Of a DNA stretch of 64,000 nucleotides, positions 52,394-61,516 are shown piece by piece. The DNA is taken from NCBI GenBank assembly GCA_963836185.1, contig CAWIIQ010000001.1:928001-992000 (forward strand). Direction: 5' to 3'. The notes beneath the pieces are model-generated. The model was given only the letters and a program-made list of their open reading frames with translations, did no database searches and had not been told where the DNA came from. The stretch comes from Candidatus Krumholzibacteriia bacterium. GTDB taxonomy: Bacteria; Krumholzibacteriota; Krumholzibacteriia; Krumholzibacteriales; Krumholzibacteriaceae. Within the stretch, counting starts at the first letter, position 1, and each line of letters begins with the position of its first letter. Made by a program: the position numbers and the translations under genes.

Positions 52394-52603
52394 TTGCCCG
52401 AACGAGGCATGGTCAAGTGGTTCAACGAGAACAGAGGCTACGGATTCATCCGCCGTGAGACCGGGGGGAACGAGGTCTATGTTCACTACTCGGGCATCGC
52501 GGGGGAAGGGTTCAGAACACTCAGTGAAGGAGAGCTCGTCGAGTTCGACCTGAGCGAGGGTGAACGGGGCCTCGAGGCGAGGAACGTGAGAAAGATAGAA
52601 TAG
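52394..52603 (+). CDS. Cold-shock protein
   Basis: GMVKWFN..RGYGFI, VYVHYS, GFRTL.EG..V.F. Confidence 0.95.
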   Translation: MPERGMVKWFNENRGYGFIRRETGGNEVYVHYSGIAGEGFRTLSEGELVEFDLSEGERGLEARNVRKIE

Positions 52604-52635
52604 AAAAGGGGCCCGGAGGATTCCAGGCCCCTCTT
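52604..52635. terminator. Terminator between convergent csp and TPR gene
   Basis: AAGGGGCC...GGCCCCTCTT hairpin with an A-run on the left. Confidence 0.6.
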
Positions 52636-52672
52636 GAAATTATAAGCCACGACCTGAAGGTCGCGGCAGATG

Positions 52673-54049
52673 TTACTTCGCTTCGGCGTGAAAACGCTTG
52701 AGATTGCGCTTCGCCTTCTCATTGGACGGATCGATGTCGAGCGCCTTCTGCCAGGCGTCGATAGCGTCCTCCAGACGATCGAGCTTGTAATACGCGTTTC
52801 CGAGGTTGGTGTATGCCGAGCCGCTGTCCTTCGACCGGCCGATCGCCTCGTTGTACATCTCGATCGCTTCGGTATACGATCCCATCCTGTAGAAGACATA
52901 CCCGAGATTGTTGTAGGTAGCGGAGAGATCGGGATTGAGTTCGATCGCCTTCTTGAATGCCTCCGTCGCTTTTTCTTCATCGTTCATCTCGGTGTAGGTC
53001 AGCCCGAGGTTGTTGTACCCTTCGGTGAATTCGTCGTCTGACTCTATTGCTTTTTTGAACAGGTCGAGGGCCTTCTCATACTGGCCGTTGTGATACGACA
53101 TGACGCCCGCGTTGTTGAGCTTCTTCGCTTCGGCTGTCTTGCGCCTGAGTTCCTCTTCCTCGAGTGTCTTCTTCTGGTTCTCGACGACCTCCATGATCTC
53201 GTTGTTGTTCTGTGAGACCTCCTGGGCAAGCCGCCTGTTCTCCTCGAGATCGCGCTCTATCCTGTTGATGCTTTCGTCGAGGGATCCCTTCCAGTTAGAG
53301 ACCTCGTTGCGGAAATTCTCGATACTGCCGCTGCTTTCGCTCAACCTCGTGTCGAGGTCCTCGCTTCTCTCGGCAAGTGTGTCGGAAAGCGACTCGACGA
53401 TCAGCTTGTTGTCCTCGTTGACCGAAGTGATCAGCTCTTTTATCTCGGCGAGGTCTTTGATGAAGATCTCTTTGAGCATGCCGGCGGACTCCGACGTCTT
53501 TTCCTCGAGCTCCTTGAAAAGTCCGAGGAAATCGCCGGTACTTCTCTGCTGGAAGTCCCATGATTTTTCCAGATCGCCGCGGATCGCTCCGAGTTTCTCA
53601 TCGAATCTTTCCTCGGCATCGCGGGCTTCCTTCGACTGGCTTTCGGCTGTTCCGGAATTGCTTCTGAGCAGTATATCTATACCGCATTCGCCTTTTTCAT
53701 CATCATGGAAACGGCACTGTCCGCCGAGACACCGGACCTCGCCGCTTGTCGATCTCGCCGTATACCTGACAGGCCTGCCGGAAACTTTATCTCCGCGTTC
53801 CTTCTGGTGAGTATCTTCGGAGGATTCCTTTTCACCGGCCTCTTCATCGCTGGAGTCCTCGGTGCCGGGATTCATGAAGATTTCGTCGTCATCCTCTTCT
53901 TCGGTCTCTTCATCCCCTTCATATTCATCCATATCCTCATCGTGGAGATCGGTGTCGTCAGATTCACCGAGGAGGATGACGTCGCGGGGTTCTTCGAGGA
54001 TCGATACCTGTGTGATCAACGGACAGATCTTCATGGTCTTTCCTTTCAC
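52673..54049 (-). CDS. Cys-motif / acidic / coiled-coil / TPR protein
   Basis: KICPL...CLGGQC...EC, D/E-rich tract, heptads, about four TPRs (YNNLG); 4-nt overlap with the upstream gene. Confidence 0.85.
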   Translation of the reverse strand: MKGKTMKICPLITQVSILEEPRDVILLGESDDTDLHDEDMDEYEGDEETEEEDDDEIFMNPGTEDSSDEEAGEKESSEDTHQKERGDKVSGRPVRYTARSTSGEVRCLGGQCRFHDDEKGECGIDILLRSNSGTAESQSKEARDAEERFDEKLGAIRGDLEKSWDFQQRSTGDFLGLFKELEEKTSESAGMLKEIFIKDLAEIKELITSVNEDNKLIVESLSDTLAERSEDLDTRLSESSGSIENFRNEVSNWKGSLDESINRIERDLEENRRLAQEVSQNNNEIMEVVENQKKTLEEEELRRKTAEAKKLNNAGVMSYHNGQYEKALDLFKKAIESDDEFTEGYNNLGLTYTEMNDEEKATEAFKKAIELNPDLSATYNNLGYVFYRMGSYTEAIEMYNEAIGRSKDSGSAYTNLGNAYYKLDRLEDAIDAWQKALDIDPSNEKAKRNLKRFHAEAK

Positions 54050-57000
54050 TTTTCCGGGTCGAGGTCACCGGTCACTGTCAGCAGGCCGGCATTTTCTTCA
54101 AACTGCGAGGTGATATACCTTGTATAGGCGCTCTGCGCCCTTTCCGCTGTGTCGAGGTATTCGCTTCGGATCCCGAGGATCCTGGAGAAAGCGGCGGCGG
54201 CCATCCCGTGATCGCCGAGCATTCCTCTCGCAGTGCCTTCTATATATAGGAGTTCGATCACAGAATCTTCGTCGAGGTCTTCTCTCGGTACTGAAGCGGC
54301 TACAGCAAGGGCGCTCAGCACCCTGCCCGAGGCCATGTGAAGCCTCGAGAGAAGCGCCTTTCTCCTGAGCGGCTCAATTGCGCCGGCGTCGATCATCATG
54401 CCGGCCGACCTGAGGTCTCCCGTCTCGATCGCTGTGAGTACGAGTTTCTCTGTTTCCGCAGAGTCAGTTTCTCCCGCTGATATCTTCGCGAGCCCCGCGC
54501 GTATCTCTCTTGCCTTCCAGGATGTCCATGCCTTCTCTACCCTGAGGAGTATTCCATGCCTGTCGCCGGAGCTTTCGAGGACCTCACGGAAACAACCGGC
54601 AGCCCTCTCTTCCATCCCCGCTCCCTCCAGTATTCCGCCCATCGTTATCAGCAGGTCGATCGCGGCATCGCCGCCGAGAGAATCGATTCCTTCCCTGAGG
54701 ATCGATTCGGCCCCTTTCGTGTCTCCGCCGCCGACAAGCAGTTGGGAAGCGAATTCGTAGTACTCTTTCTTCGGCTCTGAATCCATGAGATGTTTGAGCC
54801 GGTCCATCAACCTCGCCCGCGCGGGCTTCGTTCCCGTTTCGATGTCTTCCAGTATCGAAAAAGCGGAGTCAGTTTCGTTCGAGGCGATGCAGCAGTCGGC
54901 TTCGAGAAGCCGTCCGCGAGAGACATATTTCTTCGACCATACGATGTTGAGCGTCTCATCGAGGATAGCCCGGGCGAATGAATCGTCTGCGGCCAGTGCC
55001 TTTTCGAGGTCATCGAGGCTCTTTTTCTGGCTGCCAGATCTGCCTCTCAGGCCTCCGAGTGGTACGAGCAGTCTCGGTTCTTCCCCGTATTTTTCAAGGA
55101 AGGGCTCGATCGTTTCGATCAGTTTTTCTTCCGCGGCATGATCCGCAGCCGCGATGCGCAACAGAGCGTCGACGGCCCTGACATCGTCTCCGGCAGCGGA
55201 AAGAATCGATGCGAGGAGCCTGTTGGCGGCGAGATGCCCCGGCTGTTTTTCCACGATCTCCTGCAGCACCGCGGAGGCTCCGGCCGAGATATTCCTGTCA
55301 TCTGCCGTGAGTTTCTCCAGGATGGCGGCAGACTCATCGTAATGCCCGGTGAGGGCGAGGTTTTTCGCGTAGATGAATGCCAGTTCCGCGTTGTCGGGCG
55401 TTCCGGCGGTCATCCTCTTCAGCGTTCTATTGAGAAGAGGAAGGGAATCCCGCGGACCTTTCAGCGCCGACTCGAGATATCTTTTTGCCTCGACGCGCCT
55501 GCTTCCCGCCCAGAGGATCTCTCCGAGGATCCTCGATATAAGCCATGGTTTTATACTTACCGGCAGCAGCTTCTCGAGCCGCTGTCCTACTCTTTCGAGA
55601 TACGCGGGGGAGAGGGCGATGCATCTTTCGAGCTCAGCGATCGCGCTTTCCTCCGATCCGAGCCTCAGCATCGTCTCGCCGAGCAGGTATCTCGCTTCCG
55701 CGTTCGAAGGCTCCAGCCTGATGATCTCCGCGAGCTCAGTCTTTACCGCGCCGAGATCTGTGCCGGAGGAAGTAAGTGTCATGGAAAGACACCTTAGAGC
55801 GTCCTCTGTATTTCCCTCAGTCGTGGAGATCCTCGCTCCGAAGATATGAAGGGCCGCCGACTCACTTTCGGGAAGAGCGACGACTGCCTTTTTAAGCAGC
55901 TCCCGGGCGAGGTCGAAATGACGTATCTTCATCGCCGACGCGAGCATCTCGTCCCATACCGTCCTGTTCGCCGGATCACGCTCGACAATCTTTTCAAAGC
56001 GCGGCACGATGTCCCGTATCTGTCCGGGATCGGTCTCCATCGCCCTGCCCAGGTGCCTGGCCGCGGAGGCATTCCTTTCATCCTCGAAACAGATCTGATA
56101 GAGAGCAAGATGCAGCATCGTGTTGTCCGGATTCTCTTCAGCCGCTTCTTCATATAGGTCCGTAACGGATGAACGAAGCGAATCGTCGAACATCATCAGC
56201 TGGTCAAACTCGAATACAGCTCTCTCTATCTGGCCGCTCTTCATGTGAGCTTTCGCCCTCAGGAACCTCATCGAGCGGTCAAGATCCTCCTGCGCCGCGA
56301 AAAGTTCGCAGAATTCGGCCAGCGCGGGCCATGTGCCCGGACCTCTTTCGGCGACTTCGGCTATCTTCTCGGCCAGCAGGCCGTGCGAGTCGGGATTTTC
56401 ACGATAGAATTCAAGAGTGTATGGAAGCGCCTCGGCGACGCTCGAGTTCCTGATCCCGAGCTCGATCGCCGAGATCACTCCGTCGAGACTTACGCCGCAG
56501 TGCCGGAAAACCTCGCCGGAAAGCCGCAGCAGTTCATCCTTCTCGAGCGTATCCTGGGATTCCATCTCCCTGATCAGCTCGGATGCTCTCTCCTCGTTAC
56601 CTCCGCGGGCGTATAGTTCCGCGAGGATCGACTGCAGCGGTGTCTTGTCCTCAAATCCGGCATCGAGAGCGATCTTTATCAGGTCGATGATCGATGGAAT
56701 GCGCGACGGGTCCATCTCTGCCGCTATGCCGAACGCGGCCGCTGCCGGTTCGCCATTACCAAGATGCAGGTTTATTCTCGCGAGCAGTTCCTGCCCCGGC
56801 GAGCTGCCTGATACAGCTTCGTTTCCGGCGATCCAGCCGGCAAGGCTGGCGGCCGAATCGTGATGGTCCGCGAAATATTTCTTGAGACGCTCCACCGCCT
56901 CCTTGACCTTTCCCGTCACCGCGGAGATCTCGCAGTAGAGCATGGTTACATCAATATCGTCGAAACGGGCGGGTGGGATCTTTTCCAGCCTCTCGAGAGC

Positions 57001-57940
57001 GAACTTCTGCCTGTCTACCTGCTCGGGAAAGAGCTGGTTGATGTCACCAGGTGTATCCTTCCGGTCCCATCCTCCGTCATCCGCGTCGAGATAGTTTCTT
57101 ATCTTGGCCGTTCCCTCCGGTCCCATGCCGGCCGCGATGAGGGCCTCACCCTGCATCATCAACCAGTTCCGGGACCTGGTCTCTTCGACCTCGAGGATCT
57201 TCAGTATCTCTGTAGCCGGAGGATCATCGAGCTCGAGCGCCCTGAAGAACCTCGATTCGGCCTTCTCGGGATGTGACAGCAGTATCGATGCTATCCCGAG
57301 GTAGTATTGGATCCGTGAGCTGTCGGAACATTCCCTCTCCGCTTCGAGCAGCGCGGCACCGATGATCTGTGCTTCGTCGGGCAGGCTTTTCATCGCCCTG
57401 CCGAGAGGTTCGGCGGCATCGGACCATCGTTTTGCCTCGAGATAGAGGAGGCCGAGAAGGATCTCGTTCTCCGTATAGACGGCTGACTTCTTGTTTCCGC
57501 TTTCCTCGAATCCCTTTGACCTTGTCCTGGAACGCTTGATCATCCCCTCGACATACGACTTGGGCCCCATCCTCATCGTGTAACGGGCCGAATCGAAATC
57601 TCTGCTCCTGATGAGGAATTCGATGACGAAGCTCGCGAGAAATGGATTGAACGATTCATGAAGTGCTCTCGCGGGCTATCGATATGAGTTGCTGACGGGA
57701 TTTCGGGTGGCGCCTGATCGTGTTCTTCATCAGGGAGACGGCTTCCTTGAGGTCGGAGATGTCGAGACAGAGCTGTATCGCCTCCATCGCGATCTCGAAA
57801 TCATTCGGCCACTTCTCCAGTGCGCTCAGTGCTTTCTCCAGGGCCCTTTTCCGATCGCCGCGCAGCCTTTCCTGTACGACCCTCTTGAGCGCTTTCTCCT
57901 GTGTAAGAAACACGGCGTGCTTCCGCCTTTCATCGTCCAT
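54046..57940 (-). CDS. Giant TPR/alpha-solenoid protein (~1300 aa), frameshift near 57670
   Basis: ORF 57656-57982 joins ORF 54046-57576 through an open frame (HESFNPFLASFVIEFL...); start reset to ATG 57940, downstream of the sigma54 site. Confidence 0.8.
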
Positions 57941-57981
57941 GTATCGTTTTCTCGAAAATCGACCAGCTTTCAAGTGCTTCA

Positions 57982-57997
57982 TGCGAAATGTGTACCA
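57982..57997 (-). promoter_or_regulatory. sigma54 (-24/-12) promoter of the TPR operon
   Basis: Minus strand TGGTACACATTTCGCA (GG-N10-GC). Confidence 0.6.
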
Positions 57998-58113
57998 TCC
58001 GGGATATTTTTTCCGGGCGTTCTGGCCGCTGGTTTTAACCGTTGATATAGCGGGGAGTTAGGTGTACATTTACGGGCGCCTGCCAGCCGCGGGAGGCGGT
58101 TTCATTCGCATTA

Positions 58114-58130
58114 TGCATAAGCGGCTTGCA
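58114..58130. promoter_or_regulatory. Candidate EBP enhancer TGCA-N9-TGCA
   Basis: TGCAtaagcggctTGCA about 120 bp upstream of the sigma54 site. Confidence 0.45.
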
Positions 58131-58176
58131 GATAAAGGGTTACATATCTTGATCCTGCAGGGAGCGTCCGGGGACT

Positions 58177-58557
58177 ATGACTGGAAAATGGACCATTTCG
58201 ACAGAGATAGAGTTCTCGTCTTCTCACTGTCTCGACAGGTACGACGGGATGTGCTCGAGAGTGCATGGGCACAACTGGGTGCTCCGGGTCTACTATGAAT
58301 TCGAGGTGATCGACGACCGGGGGCTGACCGTCGATTATTTCGATCTCAAGGCGGGTCTCGAGAGAGTCATCCTGCCCAGATTCGATCATATTCATCTAAA
58401 CGACATCCCGCCGTTCGACAGTGTCAGCCCGACTTCGGAGAACCTCGCTGTAGAGATATTCAGGATATGCTCGGGCGAGCTGGAATTCGATGGAGGAAAA
58501 CTGAAAAAAGTAGAACTCTGGGAAACGCCGAAGGACATGGTGAGTTATGCCGAATAA
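58177..58557 (+). CDS. queD: 6-carboxy-5,6,7,8-tetrahydropterin synthase
   Basis: FSSSH, C-x3-HGHNW, DH..LN, PTSENLA, LWET. Confidence 0.92.
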   Translation: MTGKWTISTEIEFSSSHCLDRYDGMCSRVHGHNWVLRVYYEFEVIDDRGLTVDYFDLKAGLERVILPRFDHIHLNDIPPFDSVSPTSENLAVEIFRICSGELEFDGGKLKKVELWETPKDMVSYAE

Positions 58558-59254
58558 GATACCGGGAGAAAAGGAATCAGCGGTAGCTCTGTTGTCGGGT
58601 GGACTGGATTCAGCAGTATCGCTGGCGATCGCCGCCGGCGAGTACGATGTGGGCCTCTCGCTCTTTTTCGATTACGGGCAGATACCGGCGAAGAAGGAGG
58701 AGGAATCCTCCAGGGCTTTCGCCGGGCGTTACGGAACGGAGTTCGAGAAGGTCGAATTTCAGTGGCTGGGACATATATCGACATCCACGATGACGCCGGG
58801 AGGGGAAGACACTCCGGACTATCCCGTCGAGGGGCATCCCGATGATCAGGCCCGCGTTTCGAGAGCGGTATGGGTCGAGAACCGGAACGGGATCTTCATC
58901 AACGTCGCGGCGGCCTATGCCGTTGCCCGCGGCGCGACTGTCATCATAACGGGATTCAACAGCGAGGAGGCAGGCGCGTTTCCGGACAACAGCGGCCAGT
59001 TCGTCGACGCGGTAAACGCGGCGCTGGCGATAAGCGCGGGGGCGCCGGTCAGGGTGGAGAGCCCGACGCTGGATATGCGGAAAAAGGAAGTCGTCGAGAG
59101 GGGGCTGGAGCTCGACCTGCCGTGGGAACACATCTGGTCATGCTACCGCGGCGGTGAGAGGATGTGCGGGAGATGTGAATCCTGCGCCAGGCTCAAGAAA
59201 GCGGTAGGAGGGACGCACGCACGCGCGTCGATCTTTTTCGAGGATGACCGGTGA
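58547..59254 (+). CDS. queC: 7-cyano-7-deazaguanine synthase
   Basis: LLSGGLDS, DYGQ, VWVENRNGIF, FPD, WSCY...CGRCESC. Confidence 0.95.
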   Translation: MPNKIPGEKESAVALLSGGLDSAVSLAIAAGEYDVGLSLFFDYGQIPAKKEEESSRAFAGRYGTEFEKVEFQWLGHISTSTMTPGGEDTPDYPVEGHPDDQARVSRAVWVENRNGIFINVAAAYAVARGATVIITGFNSEEAGAFPDNSGQFVDAVNAALAISAGAPVRVESPTLDMRKKEVVERGLELDLPWEHIWSCYRGGERMCGRCESCARLKKAVGGTHARASIFFEDDR

Positions 59255-59295
59255 TCCGGCGATGCCGGTGACCATGCAGCATGCCGTGACAGAAG

Positions 59296-59868
59296 GTGGA
59301 TGATCTCATGCTTGATACGAAATTGCTCGAGGAACGGATCGACTATACCGGCGATCAGCTGCGCAGCCATTTTGTGAGAGAAAAAGCGGGCATCACCGCC
59401 GATGGCGTCGTGGCGTTCAAGGGAGCGTGCGCCGTGACGGGTCCGCGCCTGGTAGACCTCGAGGATGCCGAACAGCACAGCAGCATCATCGCCGAGGAGA
59501 TGCTTCATTTTATCGGGGAGCATTTCGAGTGCACCCTCCGGGAGGCCAACTACAGGCTTCGGCTCTTTGTGAGCATCGTCGGTGAGTTCATCAGGGAACT
59601 CGCTCCAGGCCTGGTCCTCACGAGGGACGGCGACGATCTCTACATCGCCGAAAGAAAACTCACCGTCGCGATCGCGACGGTCACCCCGGTATCGACTGTC
59701 TTTCACTGCGGAGTCAATATCGATCCGCAGGGCGCTCCGGTCCCGGCCGTCGGGCTCGGAGAGATCGGCGTGGACGAGGAGAAGTTCACCCTGGCTGTCC
59801 TGGAGCGGTACAGGAATGAGTGCCTCTCGATCGACAAGGCGATCCGCAAGGTCAGGGGTGTTGAATGA
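59296..59868 (+). CDS. DUF366-family protein
   Basis: YTGDQL, F.G.C.V...LVDLED, MLHFI.EH, R.GDDLY...KLTV.IAT, H.G.NI; context between queC and queE. Confidence 0.8.
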   Translation: MDDLMLDTKLLEERIDYTGDQLRSHFVREKAGITADGVVAFKGACAVTGPRLVDLEDAEQHSSIIAEEMLHFIGEHFECTLREANYRLRLFVSIVGEFIRELAPGLVLTRDGDDLYIAERKLTVAIATVTPVSTVFHCGVNIDPQGAPVPAVGLGEIGVDEEKFTLAVLERYRNECLSIDKAIRKVRGVE

Positions 59869-60602
59869 TGGAGGGCTGGCTGCATGAGATATTCCGGTCG
59901 GTCCAGGGCGAGGGGATCTATACCGGTGTGATGCAGGTCTTCGTGCGGTTTTCAGGCTGCGGCCTCGCTTGTTCTTACTGCGATTCCGGAGCATCGAAAG
60001 AAAGATCCGAAAGTTGCGCGTTCAGGATGCCCGGTGGTGATATCGAGCTGGAAAATCCTCTCAGTCCGGAGGCCGCCGCCACCCTGACACTTTCTCTCGC
60101 CGCGATGCCCGGCACTCATTCGATAAGTATAACGGGCGGTGAACCTCTCGAGCAGCCCGGGTTCCTCAGGGAGTTTCTGGAGCTGGCTCGAAGGGGCGGG
60201 CTGCCTCTTTATCTCGAGACAAACGGCCTGGATACCGCCGGGCTCGAGTCGGTCCTGGATCTTGTCGATATTATCTCACTCGACATCAAGCTGCCTTCAC
60301 TCTGCGGAGGGGACGACATATTTCCCGCATACAGGGAGACGCTGAGCGCCGCGTCCGATAAGGACCTCTTCTGCAAGATAGTAGTCCCGGGCGAGACTGA
60401 CATCGATGAGTTCGCTGAGGCGGTACGTCTGATAGCGGAGATCGATTCGGGGATACCGCTCGTCATCCAGCCGGCGACTCCTGTCGGCGCCAGCATTCCG
60501 CCCGCTCCTCAGGAGCTTCTCGACATGGCTGCCCTGGCGGCGCCGCTGCTCTCGGACGTCAGGATCATCCCGCAGTGCCACCTCATGCTCGGGCTTCCCT
60601 GA
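59865..60602 (+). CDS. queE: 7-carboxy-7-deazaguanine synthase (radical SAM)
   Basis: EIF.SVQGEG, FVRF.GC.L.CSYCD, TGGEPL, ETNG, IPQCH. Confidence 0.92.
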   Translation: MMEGWLHEIFRSVQGEGIYTGVMQVFVRFSGCGLACSYCDSGASKERSESCAFRMPGGDIELENPLSPEAAATLTLSLAAMPGTHSISITGGEPLEQPGFLREFLELARRGGLPLYLETNGLDTAGLESVLDLVDIISLDIKLPSLCGGDDIFPAYRETLSAASDKDLFCKIVVPGETDIDEFAEAVRLIAEIDSGIPLVIQPATPVGASIPPAPQELLDMAALAAPLLSDVRIIPQCHLMLGLP

Positions 60603-60642
60603 CGGTCGCGACAGGGGACCGCATCCGCTTATGATCTGCCTG

Positions 60643-60739
60643 AAATAAAAATAACGCCGGGAAGGCGTAAATAAAAGGTGCTGCGAGATGATACGATGCA
60701 GGGTCGGGTTCGTGAAGGCGGCGACCACCTCGCAGCGTT
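60643..60739 (-). ncRNA. Candidate sigma54-dependent small RNA
   Basis: sigma54 site directly upstream; closing stem GCUGCGAGGUG/CAUCUCGCAGC; terminator ACGCC-uuccc-GGCGU followed by UAUUUUUAUUU. Confidence 0.55.
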
Positions 60740-60749
60740 GAGAACAGAC

Positions 60750-60765
60750 AGCAAGCCGCATACCA
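60750..60765 (-). promoter_or_regulatory. sigma54 (-24/-12) promoter
   Basis: Minus strand TGGTATGCGGCTTGCT (GG-N10-GC). Confidence 0.65.
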
Positions 60766-60920
60766 GAGCATTGCCAAAAAAGACCCGATGAGGCGTACGT
60801 CCTTTACCGGCAAGGGATTTCCTCAGAATACCGGCAAAAAACAGGTGTTTCTCCTCAGTCCCTGTGATTCCCCATCGTTTCCCCGGCCGGCAGGGGCATC
60901 GCGCTCCTCTCCTTGCCACT

Positions 60921-60937
60921 TGCACGCACCCGATGCA
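60921..60937. promoter_or_regulatory. Candidate EBP enhancer TGCA-N9-TGCA
   Basis: TGCAcgcacccgaTGCA about 160 bp upstream of the sigma54 site. Confidence 0.45.
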
Positions 60938-61035
60938 AAAGAGCAGGGAATACAGAGCCGTATCACCGCGGCACATCGTCGCCGTCAGGGTCCGGCAGAG
61001 CAAAATTAATCCATGTGTTCCATCTCTCTTTTCCC

Positions 61036-61064
61036 TTGACACGATATAACTTATAGGGTATCTG
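61036..61064 (+). promoter_or_regulatory. Probable sigma70 promoter of HU
   Basis: TTGACA-17 bp-TATCTG. Confidence 0.45.
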
Positions 61065-61138
61065 ATTACTCATATAGAGCTCATGAGCAAACCATGTGGA
61101 GGGGCATGACTCCTGCTGCCCGGAAGGAGGAAGGGTAA

Positions 61139-61417
61139 ATGACTAAAGCGGAGATAGTGGAGAACATTGCCAGCAGGACGGGGCTTACAAAGAAAGAGGT
61201 CGCCGAGGCGGTGGACCAGTTTCTCGCGAGCATCTCGAAGGGACTGGCTGAAGGCAGACACTACGAAATCCGCGGGTTCGGTACCTTCAAGGTAAAGGAC
61301 CGCAAGGCGAGGATGGCCCGGAATCCCAGGACAGGCGAACCTGTACCGGTTCCCGACCGTAAGGTCCCGGTATTCAAGGTATCGAGAGAGCTCAAGGAGC
61401 TCGTCGCGCAGGCCTGA
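61139..61417 (+). CDS. HU/IHF-family DNA-binding protein
   Basis: MTKAEIV, EIRGFGTF, ARNPRTGE, VPVFK. Confidence 0.95.
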   Translation: MTKAEIVENIASRTGLTKKEVAEAVDQFLASISKGLAEGRHYEIRGFGTFKVKDRKARMARNPRTGEPVPVPDRKVPVFKVSRELKELVAQA

Positions 61418-61516
61418 TCCTGACCGCCATGCCGCATCACGACCCGGCTCCGCCTCTCGGCGGAACGGCGGGATATTGTATCAAGTCATAGCTTAATCGA
61501 TTCCCGGGAGAGGAAT

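Noticed and set aside
3719-57982. Frameshifted genes (comM, M64, sensor kinase, FGE lipoprotein, tricorn, giant TPR) as pseudogenes or programmed frameshifts
   Set aside because: Motifs are intact on both sides, the breaks are isolated small indels in unrelated genes and I saw no shared slippery motif; sequencing error is more parsimonious.
58000-58176. preQ1 riboswitch upstream of queD
   Set aside because: No recognisable P1 stem, UUCAC/CUACAC loop or A-rich tail.
58177-60602. que genes as a Dpd DNA-modification defence island or phage cluster
   Set aside because: No dpdA/tgt-like, helicase, nuclease or phage genes nearby; the context is housekeeping.
60680-60737. Hairpin as SRP (4.5S) RNA or a tRNA
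   Set aside because: Lacks the CAGG/GNRA/AGCA domain IV signature and any T-arm or CCA; kept instead as a novel sRNA candidate.
60583-61049. Short ORFs between queE and HU
   Set aside because: No RBS or motif, atypical composition; better explained as regulatory or ncRNA sequence.
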